Assembly (NCBI GenBank): GCA_036488585.1
Contig: DASXHH010000009.1
Span: forward strand, 64,399-128,398
Length of the DNA: 64,000 bases
Reading direction: 5' to 3'
Source: Candidatus Saccharimonadia bacterium
GTDB taxonomy: Bacteria > Patescibacteriota > Saccharimonadia > UBA4664
Position numbers and translations under genes: made by a program. The notes under the pieces are model-generated. The model did no database searches. It was not told where the DNA came from and saw only the letters and a program-made list of their open reading frames with translations. Shown one piece after another: positions 18,524 to 30,231 of the stretch (position 1 is its first letter; the number at the start of each line of letters is the position of its first letter).

Positions 18524-19323
18524 TGCTACTAGCAACAGCCGTGTTAAACGTGAGCGTGGGCGCGGAGCACGTGCTCAATCTGGGCCCCATCCAAATCAAC
18601 AACTCCCAGATGCTTGGCCTGGTCGGCTGGGCCCTGACGTTTTGGTTACTTGTGCGGACGGTGCGGCGGGTGCGGACCAAGCGGTATGACCGTCTGACGA
18701 CGGCCGTACTGTGGGCCTACGAGTACCTGCTCGACACCACCACGGAAGTGCTCGGCAGCCGGGAGCGGGCTCAGAAGCTGGCGCCGATCGCCATCTCCAT
18801 GTTCTTCTTTATTATTGTGAACAACTGGCTGGAAGTTCTGCCGATCCTGGGTCCGGTAACTTGGCACGGTACGCAACTGTTTAGAGGGCTGTCGGCCGAC
18901 ATGAACTTCACCTTTGCGCTGGCCGTGATAACGTTTGCGACCGCGCACATCTGGGCCATTCGTGACCGTGGCTTTATCGGCAACATGAAGCGTTACGTAC
19001 ACAATCCGTTGAAAGATCCGGTGCATGCATTTGAAGGATTTTTGGAGATTGTGGCCGAAATTTCGCGTTTTTTGGCGCTAAGCTTACGGTTGTTTGGCAA
19101 CATCTTCGGTGGCGAGGTGCTGCTCTTGGTGATCTCGTTTATTACCGTGTACGCGTCAGTGCTAGCGCTGCCGCCGTTCCTGCTGTTCGAGATTTTTATC
19201 GGGCTGATCCAAGCCTACATTTTCTTCATGCTGACGATCGTATTTGTGTCACTGGGCACCGTCAGCGATACCGCGCCTGCTTCTCCTGAGACTGAAAGTC
19301 TGGAGCTGGAAGCAGCCACGTAA
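18520..19323 (+). CDS. atpB: ATP synthase Fo subunit a
   Basis: LSLRLFGNIFGGE and IQAYIFFML motifs; ATG 18520 overlaps upstream stop. Confidence 0.95.
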   Translation: MMLLATAVLNVSVGAEHVLNLGPIQINNSQMLGLVGWALTFWLLVRTVRRVRTKRYDRLTTAVLWAYEYLLDTTTEVLGSRERAQKLAPIAISMFFFIIVNNWLEVLPILGPVTWHGTQLFRGLSADMNFTFALAVITFATAHIWAIRDRGFIGNMKRYVHNPLKDPVHAFEGFLEIVAEISRFLALSLRLFGNIFGGEVLLLVISFITVYASVLALPPFLLFEIFIGLIQAYIFFMLTIVFVSLGTVSDTAPASPETESLELEAAT

Positions 19324-19357
19324 CAAGTTAACTAATAAATAAGGAAGAAATAACAAA

Positions 19358-19573
19358 ATGGAGAATCTAGCATTCGGTTTAACCTACTCCGTAGCCGGCG
19401 GTCTGGCAGCTGTAGGTGTCGGCCTGGTAGGCGCGGCGGCAGTGTCGGCCGTGGGTCGCAACCCAGACGCTCTCGGTACCATCCGTACCATGATGATCCT
19501 GGCTATGTCGTTTGTGGACGCACTGGGTATCATTGGCCTGGTGGTGGCGCTCATTATTAAATTCATGAAATAA
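19358..19573 (+). CDS. atpE: ATP synthase Fo subunit c
   Basis: GxGxxG-like helix, GRNP loop, ion-binding Asp in FVDAL. Confidence 0.95.
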   Translation: MENLAFGLTYSVAGGLAAVGVGLVGAAAVSAVGRNPDALGTIRTMMILAMSFVDALGIIGLVVALIIKFMK

Positions 19574-19583
19574 AGGAACGTTT

Positions 19584-20108
19584 GTGACGTTATTTTTGGC
19601 AGTGACATCGGGAACAGGTGGGCTAGTGACGGCTCTGGGTTTGAATTTGCAAACCTTTACCCTGGACTTGATCGCGTTTTTGGTAACAGCCGGAGTGGTG
19701 GGCAAATGGGTGTTCCCGCCGCTGACGCGCGCACTGGACGCCAAGAAGGACGAGCTCGAGGCCACCGCTAAGCACGAGCTGGACGCCAAGAAGGCGCTGG
19801 AGCAGGCCGAGAAGTCGGCGGCCCAGACGCTAGTGAAGGCGCGGGAATCGGCCGACGAGATTATCGCCGGCGCCCACGCTGATGCTGCGGCGCAGATCGA
19901 AGCCGCGCGAGTGAAGGCCGAGGCACAGACCGAACGAATGATTAGCGAGGCTCGGGAACAACTGGCGCGAGACGTACAGCAGGCCCGAGGTGAACTGAAG
20001 TCCGAGACGGCCAAGTTGGTCGCCGGCGCCGCCGAGAACCTGCTCGGCGAGAAGCTGGACCCGCAGCACGACGCCGCTTTGATTGGCCGTAGCCTGGAGG
20101 CCGAATAG
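19584..20108 (+). CDS. atpF: ATP synthase Fo subunit b
   Basis: N-terminal TM then long Ala/Glu/Lys coiled coil; operon position. Confidence 0.92.
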   Translation: MTLFLAVTSGTGGLVTALGLNLQTFTLDLIAFLVTAGVVGKWVFPPLTRALDAKKDELEATAKHELDAKKALEQAEKSAAQTLVKARESADEIIAGAHADAAAQIEAARVKAEAQTERMISEAREQLARDVQQARGELKSETAKLVAGAAENLLGEKLDPQHDAALIGRSLEAE

Positions 20109-20111
20109 TCC

Positions 20112-20501
20112 ATGGTTTCACGAGTGCAGGTGGCTGAATACGTGGCTGATAAGCTGACCTCGGGACGCCGGGAGGCTTTGCGGGAGGCGGCGGCCTGGCT
20201 GGTGGCTCACGGCAAGGCCCGGCAGGCGCGATATTTGGCCCGAGATGTGGCACAAGTACTGGCCGATAGGGGCTACGTATATGCCCAGGTGACCACCGCG
20301 CGGCCGCTCACCAACCGGGCCCGCGACGAGGTGGAGGACTTCATACGCACCCACACCGGCGCACGGGAGCTGGAGTTGGTGACCGAAGTGGATCCGGATG
20401 TAATCGGCGGCACCAGGATCGAATTGCCGGATGCCGAATTAGACAGCACTGTGCGCACGAAATTAAGACGGTTTATTGAAAGTGTGGGGAGAGACAAATG
20501 A
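20112..20501 (+). CDS. atpH: ATP synthase F1 delta subunit (short)
   Basis: [15 protein letters not shown] and LDSTV motifs; 129 aa. Confidence 0.9.
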   Translation: MVSRVQVAEYVADKLTSGRREALREAAAWLVAHGKARQARYLARDVAQVLADRGYVYAQVTTARPLTNRARDEVEDFIRTHTGARELELVTEVDPDVIGGTRIELPDAELDSTVRTKLRRFIESVGRDK

Positions 20502-22036
20502 GTGACCTGAACGTAAAAGAATTAAGCCGCGAACTGGAAGACGCGATTGGCGGCCTGAAGGCCACCGAGAGTCTGGCCCAAACGGGCGTCGTGACCCGCG
20601 TAAGTGACGGCGTGGCATGGATTTATGGCTTGCGCGAGGCTGGATTTAGCGAGGTGCTAGAGGTGGAGGCCGAAGGTGACGTGCCGGCCCAGGCGTTTGC
20701 GCTTAACCTGCTCGAGGACGAGTTGGGAGCGGTGCTCTTGGACAAAGAGACCGAAGTGCGAGCCGGCGCCAAGGTGCGCATGACTGGCCGTACGCTATCG
20801 GTGCCGGTGGGACCAGAGCTGCTAGGTCGGGTGGTGGACCCGCTGGGCCGGCCGCTCGATGGCCGAGGCCCGATTAAGACCAAGGCCACCGGCACGATTG
20901 AGCGAACCGCGCCGGGCGTGATGGACCGCAAGAGCGTGCACGAACCACTCCAGACCGGCATTGTGGCGATCGACGCTATGATTCCGATTGGTCGGGGCCA
21001 ACGCGAGCTACTCATCGGCGATCGTCAAACCGGCAAGACCGCCATTTTGATCGACACCATGATTAACCAGGCCCGGCAGAAGACCGGGGTAGTGAACGTG
21101 TACGTGGCGATCGGCCAGAAGTCGAGCAAGGTGGCGGCCTTGGTCCAGCGCCTAAAAGATGAGGGTGTAATGGACCAAACCATCGTGGTGGCCACCTCCC
21201 CCGCTGACCCGGCCGCCCTCTTGTATCTGGCACCTTACGCCGGCACCGCCATGGGCGAGTACTTCCGCGACAACAAACAGCACGCCCTCATTATGTACGA
21301 CGACCTCTCGAAGCACGCGGTGGCCTACCGCCAGATGTCGCTGCTGTTGCGCCGGCCTCCGGGCCGCGAAGCCTACCCGGGCGATGTGTTTTACTTGCAC
21401 TCGCGACTACTGGAGCGGGCGGCGAAGCTCAGCGATGAGCTGGGGGCGGGTTCGCTGACGGCACTGCCGGTAATTGAGACACAGGCCGGCGACATTTCGG
21501 CCTACATCCCCACCAACGTCATTTCTATTACCGATGGCCAGATCTTCATGGAGACCAACCTGTTTTACCAGGGTATCCGGCCGGCCATTTCGGTGGGATT
21601 GTCGGTGAGTCGCGTGGGTGGCTCGGCCCAGACCAAGGCTATTAAGAGCGTGGCGGGAAGCCTGCGCGTGGAGCTGGCACAGTTTAGAGAGCTGGCCGCG
21701 TTCTCGCAGTTTGCCAGTGATCTCGACGACGACACCAAGCGCCGAATTTCGCGAGGCCGATTGCTCACCGAGGTACTAAAACAGAAGCAATACTCACCCT
21801 ACAGCGTGGCCGAGCAGGCCATAATTTTGAATGCGGCCACCGGCGGAGCGTTCGATCACATTATGAATCACAACGTGGAGCAGGCGGTGCGCGATCTGCT
21901 TACGCGCATGAAGAAGCATCACGAAGCGCTAGTGAAGAAGTTAGACGAAGGCACCAAGCCCAGCGACGACGAGGTGAAGACGATCGTGGAAGAGGCTAAA
22001 AAAGTTGCCGACACCTTCAAGAAAGTGGAAGCGTAG
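20498..22036 (+). CDS. atpA: ATP synthase F1 alpha subunit
   Basis: GDRQTGKT and [23 protein letters not shown] motifs. Confidence 0.99.
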   Translation: MSDLNVKELSRELEDAIGGLKATESLAQTGVVTRVSDGVAWIYGLREAGFSEVLEVEAEGDVPAQAFALNLLEDELGAVLLDKETEVRAGAKVRMTGRTLSVPVGPELLGRVVDPLGRPLDGRGPIKTKATGTIERTAPGVMDRKSVHEPLQTGIVAIDAMIPIGRGQRELLIGDRQTGKTAILIDTMINQARQKTGVVNVYVAIGQKSSKVAALVQRLKDEGVMDQTIVVATSPADPAALLYLAPYAGTAMGEYFRDNKQHALIMYDDLSKHAVAYRQMSLLLRRPPGREAYPGDVFYLHSRLLERAAKLSDELGAGSLTALPVIETQAGDISAYIPTNVISITDGQIFMETNLFYQGIRPAISVGLSVSRVGGSAQTKAIKSVAGSLRVELAQFRELAAFSQFASDLDDDTKRRISRGRLLTEVLKQKQYSPYSVAEQAIILNAATGGAFDHIMNHNVEQAVRDLLTRMKKHHEALVKKLDEGTKPSDDEVKTIVEEAKKVADTFKKVEA

Positions 22037-22042
22037 TAAATA

Positions 22043-22894
22043 ATGGCAGCACTGCAGGGTATTAAGCGCAGAATCCGCTCAGTGAGCGGCATTCACCAGA
22101 TCACTAAGGCGCAGCAGCTGGTGGCGGCGAGCAAGCTCAGGCGCGTGCAGACCGCCGCATTGGCGCCGCAGGCCTACACGCAGGCAGCCGGCGAGCTTTT
22201 GGAGAGGCTATCTCGCAGCCCCGAGGTCCGCAAGCATCCGTTGTTCCAGGAACGCAAGGTTAATAAAGCCTTAACGATCGTGATTGCCGGTGACCGCGGC
22301 ATGGCCGGCGCCTACAACTCGAACGTTCTGCGGGCTCTTGGCCGACATGTCCACGAACTGGGGGTGCCACAGGAGGCCATCTGCGTGGGCCGGCGGGCCT
22401 CAATGAATGTGTCGCACGCGCGGGACGTGGACGAAATTGCTTCATACGAAATCTCGAATCCAGAACCCGACATAGCCGTGGTCCAACCAGTGCTGCATAC
22501 CATTATCGACCGCTTTTTGACGCACCAGGTCGACGTAGTGAACGTTATTTACACTCGGTTTGTGTCAACGGTGAAGCAAGAGGTGAGGGTGGAGCAGCTA
22601 CTGCCAATCGTGCGGCCGGAGGGTAAGGCGGTGGCGAGTGAATTTGAGCCGGAGCCGGAGGAGCTGGTGGACGTGGCAGTGCGCCGGGTGCTAGAGGCTA
22701 AGGTGCTACAGGCTGTTTTGGAGGCCAGGGCCAGCGAGGAAGCGGCGCGGATGATGGCAATGATGAACGCCACCGATAACGCCGGCGAGCTCATCGGCGA
22801 CCTCACACTGGCCTATAACAATGCCCGCCAGGCTAACATTACCCAAGAACTTGCAGAAATTTCGGGCGGGGCGGAAGCGATTACGGCGCAATGA
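22043..22894 (+). CDS. atpG: ATP synthase F1 gamma subunit
   Basis: ITKA-QLVAASK, DRGMAGAYN and ARQANITQELAEI motifs. Confidence 0.98.
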   Translation: MAALQGIKRRIRSVSGIHQITKAQQLVAASKLRRVQTAALAPQAYTQAAGELLERLSRSPEVRKHPLFQERKVNKALTIVIAGDRGMAGAYNSNVLRALGRHVHELGVPQEAICVGRRASMNVSHARDVDEIASYEISNPEPDIAVVQPVLHTIIDRFLTHQVDVVNVIYTRFVSTVKQEVRVEQLLPIVRPEGKAVASEFEPEPEELVDVAVRRVLEAKVLQAVLEARASEEAARMMAMMNATDNAGELIGDLTLAYNNARQANITQELAEISGGAEAITAQ

Positions 22895-22903
22895 TAAGGA
22901 TAA

Positions 22904-24324
<1,421 letters not shown>

Positions 24325-24325
<1 letters not shown>

Positions 24326-24735
24326 TGCGGTTTGAGCTGCTCACGTTAACCGGCACCAAGTTTAACGGCGATGCGACGCAGGTTACGCTACGAACTACCG
24401 ATGGCGACATTGGCATTTTACCCAACCACGAGCCACTGACCGCCGCTGTAGCGCCAGGACCGGTGACGGTCTACAAGCAGGGGGGGCAAAGTGAGGCGTT
24501 CGCAGTGTTTGGCGGCCTACTAGAGGTGAGCGCCGAGCGGGTGCGACTGCTGGCCGACGAGGCCGAACACGCCGAGGAATTGATTGCGAATCAGATTGAG
24601 GCAGCACTCAAGCACGCCGAGGACCTAAAGGCCGCAGCCAAAGACAAGGTGGAGCTGGCGCGGGCACAAGAGCTCGTGGACCGCGAAGTGGTACGGCTAG
24701 GTGTGGCCAAGATGCGCCGTCGCCACCAGCGGTAG
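24325..24735 (+). CDS. atpC: ATP synthase F1 epsilon subunit
   Basis: GDIGILPNHEP and GGLLEV motifs. Confidence 0.95.
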
Positions 24736-24755
24736 GCGCAAATTTACGGAGGCGG

Positions 24756-26432
24756 CTAAAAATGGTCGCGGATATGGGACATGGTCCAATCCCAGTCGGC
24801 GTTGGCTTTCTTATGGGGGTTGAAGATACCCTGAGGATCAAAGATATGCTTAAGATCACGGAAGTAGCCATAAATTTCTCCGCCGTACGCGCGCTCGAGC
24901 CAGGGGCCGCGAATGGCGCCGTCGTTGTGTTCGCCTGAGAGGACGCCGTGGTATTTAAGCACGAGCTCGTTGGTCTCGGTCATGGCCGGGCGGAGTTTGG
25001 CGCGCTCATCTCTTTCCTCGAGTTTCATGAGCGGAATGATGTGGAAGTTGCCGTCGCCCATGTGGCCGGCAATGGTAGCAAAGAGCTGGTATTTTTTAAT
25101 GATTTTGCGCATTTTAGGCAAAAACTCTGGCAAATACTGGGGCGGAACTACCAAGTCGTCGATGAAGGGCGCCGTGTGCTTGTCTTTCACTTTTTTGCGC
25201 AGGAGCTGGAATGACTGACGGCGCATAAGCCAATACTTTTCGGAGGAAGCTTCAGAAGGGTCCTCCTCTTCGGCCGTGATTTCATAGTAGCTGTGCTTAA
25301 TGTCCAGGTCTTTGTGTAGAGCCTTGATCTTAGACTTAACTTCATCGACAGTCTCGCCGTTGAATTCGACCATGAGAATGAGCTTCGGAATACCATGAAG
25401 TAGCATGAACCCGTCGGGGATGAGGCTAATAAGCAATTTGATAAAGCGCCAGGGCCCAAGCATCTTGAGGAACGACGGCATAAAGCGGATCGATAGCCAG
25501 AGCGTAACATCGTCGAATGATTCGAAGGTGGCAGGCTTGTACTCGAGCACTTTGTTGATGACGTCGCCGAGGTGGTCAATGTCTTTTAAGAACACCACCA
25601 GCAGGCCGGAATGGGCTCTGGCCGGCACCAGCTTGAACTTGATGTCGGTGACGAAGCCGAGTGTGCCTTGGGCGCCGATTACGGCCTGGGATAGGTTAAA
25701 AATGCCGGTTTCGCGATCCCAAATGTCCCACAATTTATAGCCGGTGGAGTTTTTAGTGACATGAGGTTTGGCCTGCTTGATCACGTCATAATGACGGTCG
25801 ACGAGGGCGTAGGTTTTGCGATAAATTTCGCCTTCGAAGTCCTGCTGCTTCATTTTGGCTTGGAGCTGGCTACGGGTAATGGGGCCCATTTTGACTTTGC
25901 TGCCGTCGGCTAGTACCACTTCAATTTCGTTTACAAAGTTTTCGGTTTTGCCGAATTCGAGCGATTTTTCGCCGCCGGAATTGTTGTTAACCATGCCTCC
26001 AATGGTGCAAAGATCACGGGACGCCGGGTATGAGGGCATGAGGGCGCGATGCTTGAGTGTTTCTTTCTCGAAGTCGCGGTAGAAGACGCCAGGTTGGGCA
26101 TGGGCTTCGGTGCTCGTAACCTGGTAGATGGTTTTGAAGTACTTATTAAAATCGGCCACGATCGAGTCGTTGACGGCTCCGCCAGACATGTCGGTGCCGG
26201 CGCTGCGGGCGGTAACGGACAGCTCGGGGTCGTCTTTTTTATGCTCGGCTACGTATTTCACCAAAGCCTGCACGTCGCCTGAGTCCTTGGGATAGACCAC
26301 CACCGCCGGTTTGACCTCGAACAGGCTGGCGTCGTGGCTGTAAAACTCACGGGTAAGATCGGTGGCGTCGACATCACCCTTGAGGGTTTGCTGGAGGTCG
26401 AGCTGAAGGTTCGCGGTGGTCTTGGTTGTCAT
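24756..26432 (-). CDS. FAD-linked oxidoreductase (D-lactate dehydrogenase/GlcD-like)
   Basis: P-VVVYP, RSAGTDMSGG, CTIGGMVNNNSGG, GHMGDGNFH, SGEHNDG and FDPQGIFNP motifs. Confidence 0.88.
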   Translation of the reverse strand: MTTKTTANLQLDLQQTLKGDVDATDLTREFYSHDASLFEVKPAVVVYPKDSGDVQALVKYVAEHKKDDPELSVTARSAGTDMSGGAVNDSIVADFNKYFKTIYQVTSTEAHAQPGVFYRDFEKETLKHRALMPSYPASRDLCTIGGMVNNNSGGEKSLEFGKTENFVNEIEVVLADGSKVKMGPITRSQLQAKMKQQDFEGEIYRKTYALVDRHYDVIKQAKPHVTKNSTGYKLWDIWDRETGIFNLSQAVIGAQGTLGFVTDIKFKLVPARAHSGLLVVFLKDIDHLGDVINKVLEYKPATFESFDDVTLWLSIRFMPSFLKMLGPWRFIKLLISLIPDGFMLLHGIPKLILMVEFNGETVDEVKSKIKALHKDLDIKHSYYEITAEEEDPSEASSEKYWLMRRQSFQLLRKKVKDKHTAPFIDDLVVPPQYLPEFLPKMRKIIKKYQLFATIAGHMGDGNFHIIPLMKLEERDERAKLRPAMTETNELVLKYHGVLSGEHNDGAIRGPWLERAYGGEIYGYFRDLKHIFDPQGIFNPHKKANADWDWTMSHIRDHF

Positions 26433-26488
26433 ACCATAAGCATAATGCTAATCTGGCCATAACTGCAAACTTTCGCAACTATACACAA

Positions 26489-26512
26489 GAAGGCCGGCAT
26501 GAGCCGGCCTTC
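26489..26512 (-). terminator. Terminator hairpin
   Basis: GAAGGCCGGC-atga-GCCGGCCTTC downstream of the 26529 stop. Confidence 0.6.
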
Positions 26513-26528
26513 AATATTGGTTTTGGAT

Positions 26529-27071
26529 TTAGGCTGAGGGCGAGGTGCTGGCGCTAGGGCTCGGTGACGGGCTCGAGCTGGGGGCGCTGCCGTTGCCTGC
26601 TGCATCGTGGCGCCCACCTAGGCCCATACCACGCATCGTACGTGCCCCGAGCAGCCAGTGGGCGGGCAGGTTGTTTTGCTTCGACCAGGTATTGGCCTCG
26701 GTGCGTACCTGCTGGAGGGCGGTGCGGCGGTCGGTGCCGGTCTTGCCTTGGGCGGCGGCGAGTTCGCTCCCGAGTTTGTTGTGTTCGGTGAGGATAGCAT
26801 CTTTCTGGGCGCTGGTGAGCTTGCCCTGGCTGACCGCGTCAGTCAGCATCTGCTCGTACTTGGTCTCGGCTTGAGACTGCTGGTCGGTGCGGTATTGATC
26901 GATCACCGACTGCACCTTGGATTGGTCGAGACCAAAGGCGCTAGAGATGCGCTGAGCCAGTGTTTGGCCCGAGCCGCTAGAGCTAGCAGCCGAGACTTGG
27001 CTGACGCCGACAGCGCCGGCAGTTAGAACGGCCACCGCCGCCATTGGTATTAGAATTTTCTTGGTAATCAT
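26529..27071 (-). CDS. Secreted helical protein with Ser/Pro-rich tail
   Basis: Signal peptide MITKKILIPMAAVAVLTAGAVG..VSA; L-DAV-QGKLT-AQKDAI repeat-like helix. Confidence 0.7.
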   Translation of the reverse strand: MITKKILIPMAAVAVLTAGAVGVSQVSAASSSGSGQTLAQRISSAFGLDQSKVQSVIDQYRTDQQSQAETKYEQMLTDAVSQGKLTSAQKDAILTEHNKLGSELAAAQGKTGTDRRTALQQVRTEANTWSKQNNLPAHWLLGARTMRGMGLGGRHDAAGNGSAPSSSPSPSPSASTSPSA

Positions 27072-27106
27072 GGTGGTATATCCTTGCTTAATCCATGGGA
27101 ACATGC

Positions 27107-27493
27107 CTAACCTACCACCCGTTCCTGATAGAAAGCTTTGAGCCACTTTTCGGCTGACCCCAGGTTGCTGAAGTAGCGAACGTTACTGCGCCCGATGGCC
27201 CGAAGCATGAGGTTGGTGCCATAGCGCATCGGCCAGGAGCCGTCCCCCACCATGGCGGCGCGGTCGTAATCGAGGGATCTGGCGAGGCGGGCAACTTCGG
27301 CCCGAGCCTCTGAGGTGGTGCGTCCGAGCTGGATCAGATTGTCGAGGATTAACACCGGCCGGCTTTCAGTACGCAGCTGGCGTACGTAAAAACCTAGCTT
27401 CTCCCCCATTTCGCGCACCGACTCCCTGGTTTGGGGGCCGATTACGAGAATCTGGAGCAAGCCACCTGAATCTACGAATACTTTATTAACCAT
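27107..27493 (-). CDS. STAS/SpoIIAA-like domain protein
   Basis: PVLILDNL..., YDRAAMVG and VRYF...AEKWL pattern; ATG at 27493. Confidence 0.65.
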   Translation of the reverse strand: MVNKVFVDSGGLLQILVIGPQTRESVREMGEKLGFYVRQLRTESRPVLILDNLIQLGRTTSEARAEVARLARSLDYDRAAMVGDGSWPMRYGTNLMLRAIGRSNVRYFSNLGSAEKWLKAFYQERVVG

Positions 27494-27542
27494 ATCCCGA
27501 TCTGCCTTATGTGCAGTATTATAGAGAATAATCTGATCTGCC

Positions 27543-27824
27543 GTGGGGCAAATGACCGAGAAAGACGAAATCACACAGTTACACAACGCTTTGATGCCGG
27601 TCTTGGCGCAGGCCTCGATCGGTGCTTTTGATAACGAGATTGCGATTGATCCCAGGAACTCTCGGCGAGTGAACGAGCTACTGATGGGCGTAGAGGTACT
27701 GCTCGAGGTAATTCGCCAGAAAGATAGTGAGCTCATGAAATTGCGGGCGGAACAGCCGGCGGCGGTGCAGCACACAGCTACTACCAGCCTGCTCGACGAA
27801 ATACTAAAGCAGCCGCCGGAGTAG
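27543..27824 (+). CDS. Hypothetical protein (helical, HAMP/PocR-adjacent style)
   Basis: ORF fills the gap between divergent and convergent genes; amphipathic helices. Confidence 0.55.
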   Translation: MGQMTEKDEITQLHNALMPVLAQASIGAFDNEIAIDPRNSRRVNELLMGVEVLLEVIRQKDSELMKLRAEQPAAVQHTATTSLLDEILKQPPE

Positions 27825-27825
27825 C

Positions 27826-28092
27826 TTAACCGATCGTGAAGCCGCGATGGCCAGCGGGTCGGTGCACGGTGTAGACCACAGCCTCAACATGGGCATGGGG
27901 TGAACCATTGTGACACCAGGCTAGGAACTGCTCCAGCGCCGGCTGTGGTCCTTCGATTTCAATGTGAACCGAACCGTCAGGCTGGTTGCGCGCGAAGCCA
28001 GCCAGGCCGAGGCTACTCGCGGTGCGGCGGGCGGTGTCACGGAAAAACACGCCCTGGACACGGCCGGTCACTGTGATGCAGAGGCGTTTCAT
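27826..28092 (-). CDS. acyP: Acylphosphatase
   Basis: GRVQGVFFR and GFARNQPDGSV motifs. Confidence 0.95.
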   Translation of the reverse strand: MKRLCITVTGRVQGVFFRDTARRTASSLGLAGFARNQPDGSVHIEIEGPQPALEQFLAWCHNGSPHAHVEAVVYTVHRPAGHRGFTIG

Positions 28093-28153
28093 GCGTCTAT
28101 TTTATGCGCCTTTATACGTCAGCGGCCATTTCAAGCTATAATTAAGGGACTTT

Positions 28154-28891
28154 ATGTTAGCGCTAGGCTTTTCATTCCTAACTTTCATCTCCACGACGGT
28201 GGGCGGACTGTTCGCGCTCAAAAACCGCGATCGGCTGCACCGGATTCTGGGATTCACCGCCGGCGTGCTGCTGGGAGTAGTGGCGTTCGACATCCTGCCC
28301 GAAATATTCGACCTCACCAATATGATTCATGCTGACGTAATGGTGCCAATGATCGCACTGGTGAGCGGTTTCCTGTTGTTCCATATCGTAGAGAAGCTGC
28401 TAATTATTCACCACGAGCACGAAGACGAATACCAGGAGCATAAACACCCAAGCGTAGGGCTGATGTCGGCGTTGGCCTTGAGTGGCCACTCGTTTCTAGA
28501 TGGTGTGGGAATCGGGCTAGCGTTTCAGGTGGGCCGCGGCGTAGGTTTCGCGGTGGCGCTGGCAGTTTTGTCGCACGACTTCGCCGACGGGCTCAATACA
28601 GTCACGCTCATGCTTTCGAACAAAAACCATGTTCGCAAATCGGTAATGCTACTGGGACTGGATGCGTTGGCACCGGTGTTGGGCGTAATTTCGACCCTGT
28701 GGCTGAAACTCTCCGATTGGCAGCTGTTGATTTACCTGGGCTTCTTTGCGGGGTTTCTGCTTTACATAGGGGCGTCGAATATTTTGCCGGAGGCACACGC
28801 CAAGCATCCGTCACGGTTTACCATAATGCTGACTGTGGCCGGCGTGGTTTTTACGTTTGCAGCGCTCAGTTTTATCCGCAAACTCGGTTAA
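28154..28891 (+). CDS. ZIP family divalent metal transporter
   Basis: His-rich loop HHEHEDEYQEHKH; HSFLDG and HDFADG TM motifs; LPEAH. Confidence 0.9.
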   Translation: MLALGFSFLTFISTTVGGLFALKNRDRLHRILGFTAGVLLGVVAFDILPEIFDLTNMIHADVMVPMIALVSGFLLFHIVEKLLIIHHEHEDEYQEHKHPSVGLMSALALSGHSFLDGVGIGLAFQVGRGVGFAVALAVLSHDFADGLNTVTLMLSNKNHVRKSVMLLGLDALAPVLGVISTLWLKLSDWQLLIYLGFFAGFLLYIGASNILPEAHAKHPSRFTIMLTVAGVVFTFAALSFIRKLG

Positions 28892-28903
28892 AAATAGTGA
28901 TGT

Positions 28904-28960
28904 TTGACTAACTGCTGGCCCTGTAATATCATTCAACCAATTAGTTAAATGATATTACAG
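28904..28960 (+). promoter_or_regulatory. Sigma70 promoter overlapped by ArsR-type operator palindrome
   Basis: TTGACT(28904)-N17-TATCAT(28927); inverted repeat CTGTAATATCATT...AATGATATTACAG (28921-28960) ending 2 nt before the ATG. Confidence 0.8.
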
Positions 28961-28962
28961 AC

Positions 28963-29286
28963 ATGGAACAAGCACTTAACCTAGATAACATTTTTGGCTC
29001 GCTGGCCGACCCGACCCGCCGGGACATTCTGCGGCGAGTGGCGGTCGGTGAATTGACTGTCGGCGAAGTGGCGGCTCCCTACGACCTATCGCTGGCGGCA
29101 GTGTCGAAGCACCTGAAGATCTTGGAACGGGCGAAGCTCATAATTAAGCGGCGGCAAGGCAAGCAGCAGTATGTACAGATTACGCCGTACACGTTTAAGG
29201 ACGCGGCCGAGTACCTGGAATGGTACCGGGGCCTGTGGGAACAGCGGTTGGACGGGTTGGAAGAACTACTAAGAAAGGAGCCCTAA
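28963..29286 (+). CDS. ArsR/SmtB family transcriptional regulator
   Basis: LADPTRRDIL and AVSKHLKILE-A-LI motifs. Confidence 0.93.
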   Translation: MEQALNLDNIFGSLADPTRRDILRRVAVGELTVGEVAAPYDLSLAAVSKHLKILERAKLIIKRRQGKQQYVQITPYTFKDAAEYLEWYRGLWEQRLDGLEELLRKEP

Positions 29287-29742
29287 ATGAAAGGTATTGC
29301 CACATTCTTAATGTTTGAGACAGGAGCCGAGGAGGCGGTGAATTACTACCTGCAGCAATTCCCGGACGCCAAGGTGATTAGCAAGCACGGTGAGGGCACG
29401 CCGCAATACATGGTCGAGTTTGAACTGCAGGGGCATCGGCTAATGGCCTACAACGGCGGGTCGGACGACTTTAAGTTCGCGCTTGGTACTTCCCTATTTA
29501 TTAACTGCGAAACCCAGGACGAGGTGGACCGGCTGTGGGAGAAGCTGTCTGACGGCGGAAGGCAGATGGATTGCGGCTGGGTGCAGGACCGCTGGGGCAT
29601 GTACTGGCAGATTTGTCCGACCGTGATGGCGAAATATCTACGCGACCCCGACCAGGAGAAGGCGGGTCGGGCCTTTAAGGCCATGCTGACGATGCAGAAG
29701 CTGGATATTGATAAATTAACCAAAGCCTACGAAGGCAAATAG
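29287..29742 (+). CDS. VOC family protein (3-demethylubiquinone-9 3-methyltransferase-like)
   Basis: AEEAVNYY, CETQDEVDRLW, CGWVQDRWG and M-KLDI motifs. Confidence 0.88.
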   Translation: MKGIATFLMFETGAEEAVNYYLQQFPDAKVISKHGEGTPQYMVEFELQGHRLMAYNGGSDDFKFALGTSLFINCETQDEVDRLWEKLSDGGRQMDCGWVQDRWGMYWQICPTVMAKYLRDPDQEKAGRAFKAMLTMQKLDIDKLTKAYEGK

Positions 29743-29754
29743 AAAAGGAGACGC

Positions 29755-30231
29755 ATGATGCCTACGACCGCAAATTTCGTAGTTAATAAAGAAAATCACC
29801 AGGTAAAAATAACGCGAGAGTTCGAGGCGCCGCGCGAGAAAGTGTGGCGAGTGGTGAATGACCCTAAGCTGATCCCCGAATGGTGGGGGCCGGCACGGTA
29901 CGAGACCCGGGTAGATACGATGGACGTAGAACCGGGCGGTAAATGGCGGTTCGTGCACACCGGAGCCGACGGCGAGTTTGCCTTTAACGGTGAGTACAAA
30001 GAGGTGCAGGCTCCGGAGCGGGTGGTGATGACGTTTGAGTTTGAGCCGATGGCGGGACACGTCAGCACCCAAACCATGACTCTGACTGAGCTCCAGGGCG
30101 GCCGCACCAGGATGGACGTGCTAGTGCAATTCGAGAACCTGGCCGATTTGGAAGGAATGGTGGGTTCGGGCATGAAAGACGGACAGTTTGAGAGCTACGA
30201 CCGACTCGACAAAGTGCTGGAGACCAAATGA
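29755..30231 (+). CDS. SRPBCC/AHSA1 domain protein
   Basis: TREFEAPREKVW, WWGP and D-EPGGKWRF motifs. Confidence 0.9.
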   Translation: MMPTTANFVVNKENHQVKITREFEAPREKVWRVVNDPKLIPEWWGPARYETRVDTMDVEPGGKWRFVHTGADGEFAFNGEYKEVQAPERVVMTFEFEPMAGHVSTQTMTLTELQGGRTRMDVLVQFENLADLEGMVGSGMKDGQFESYDRLDKVLETK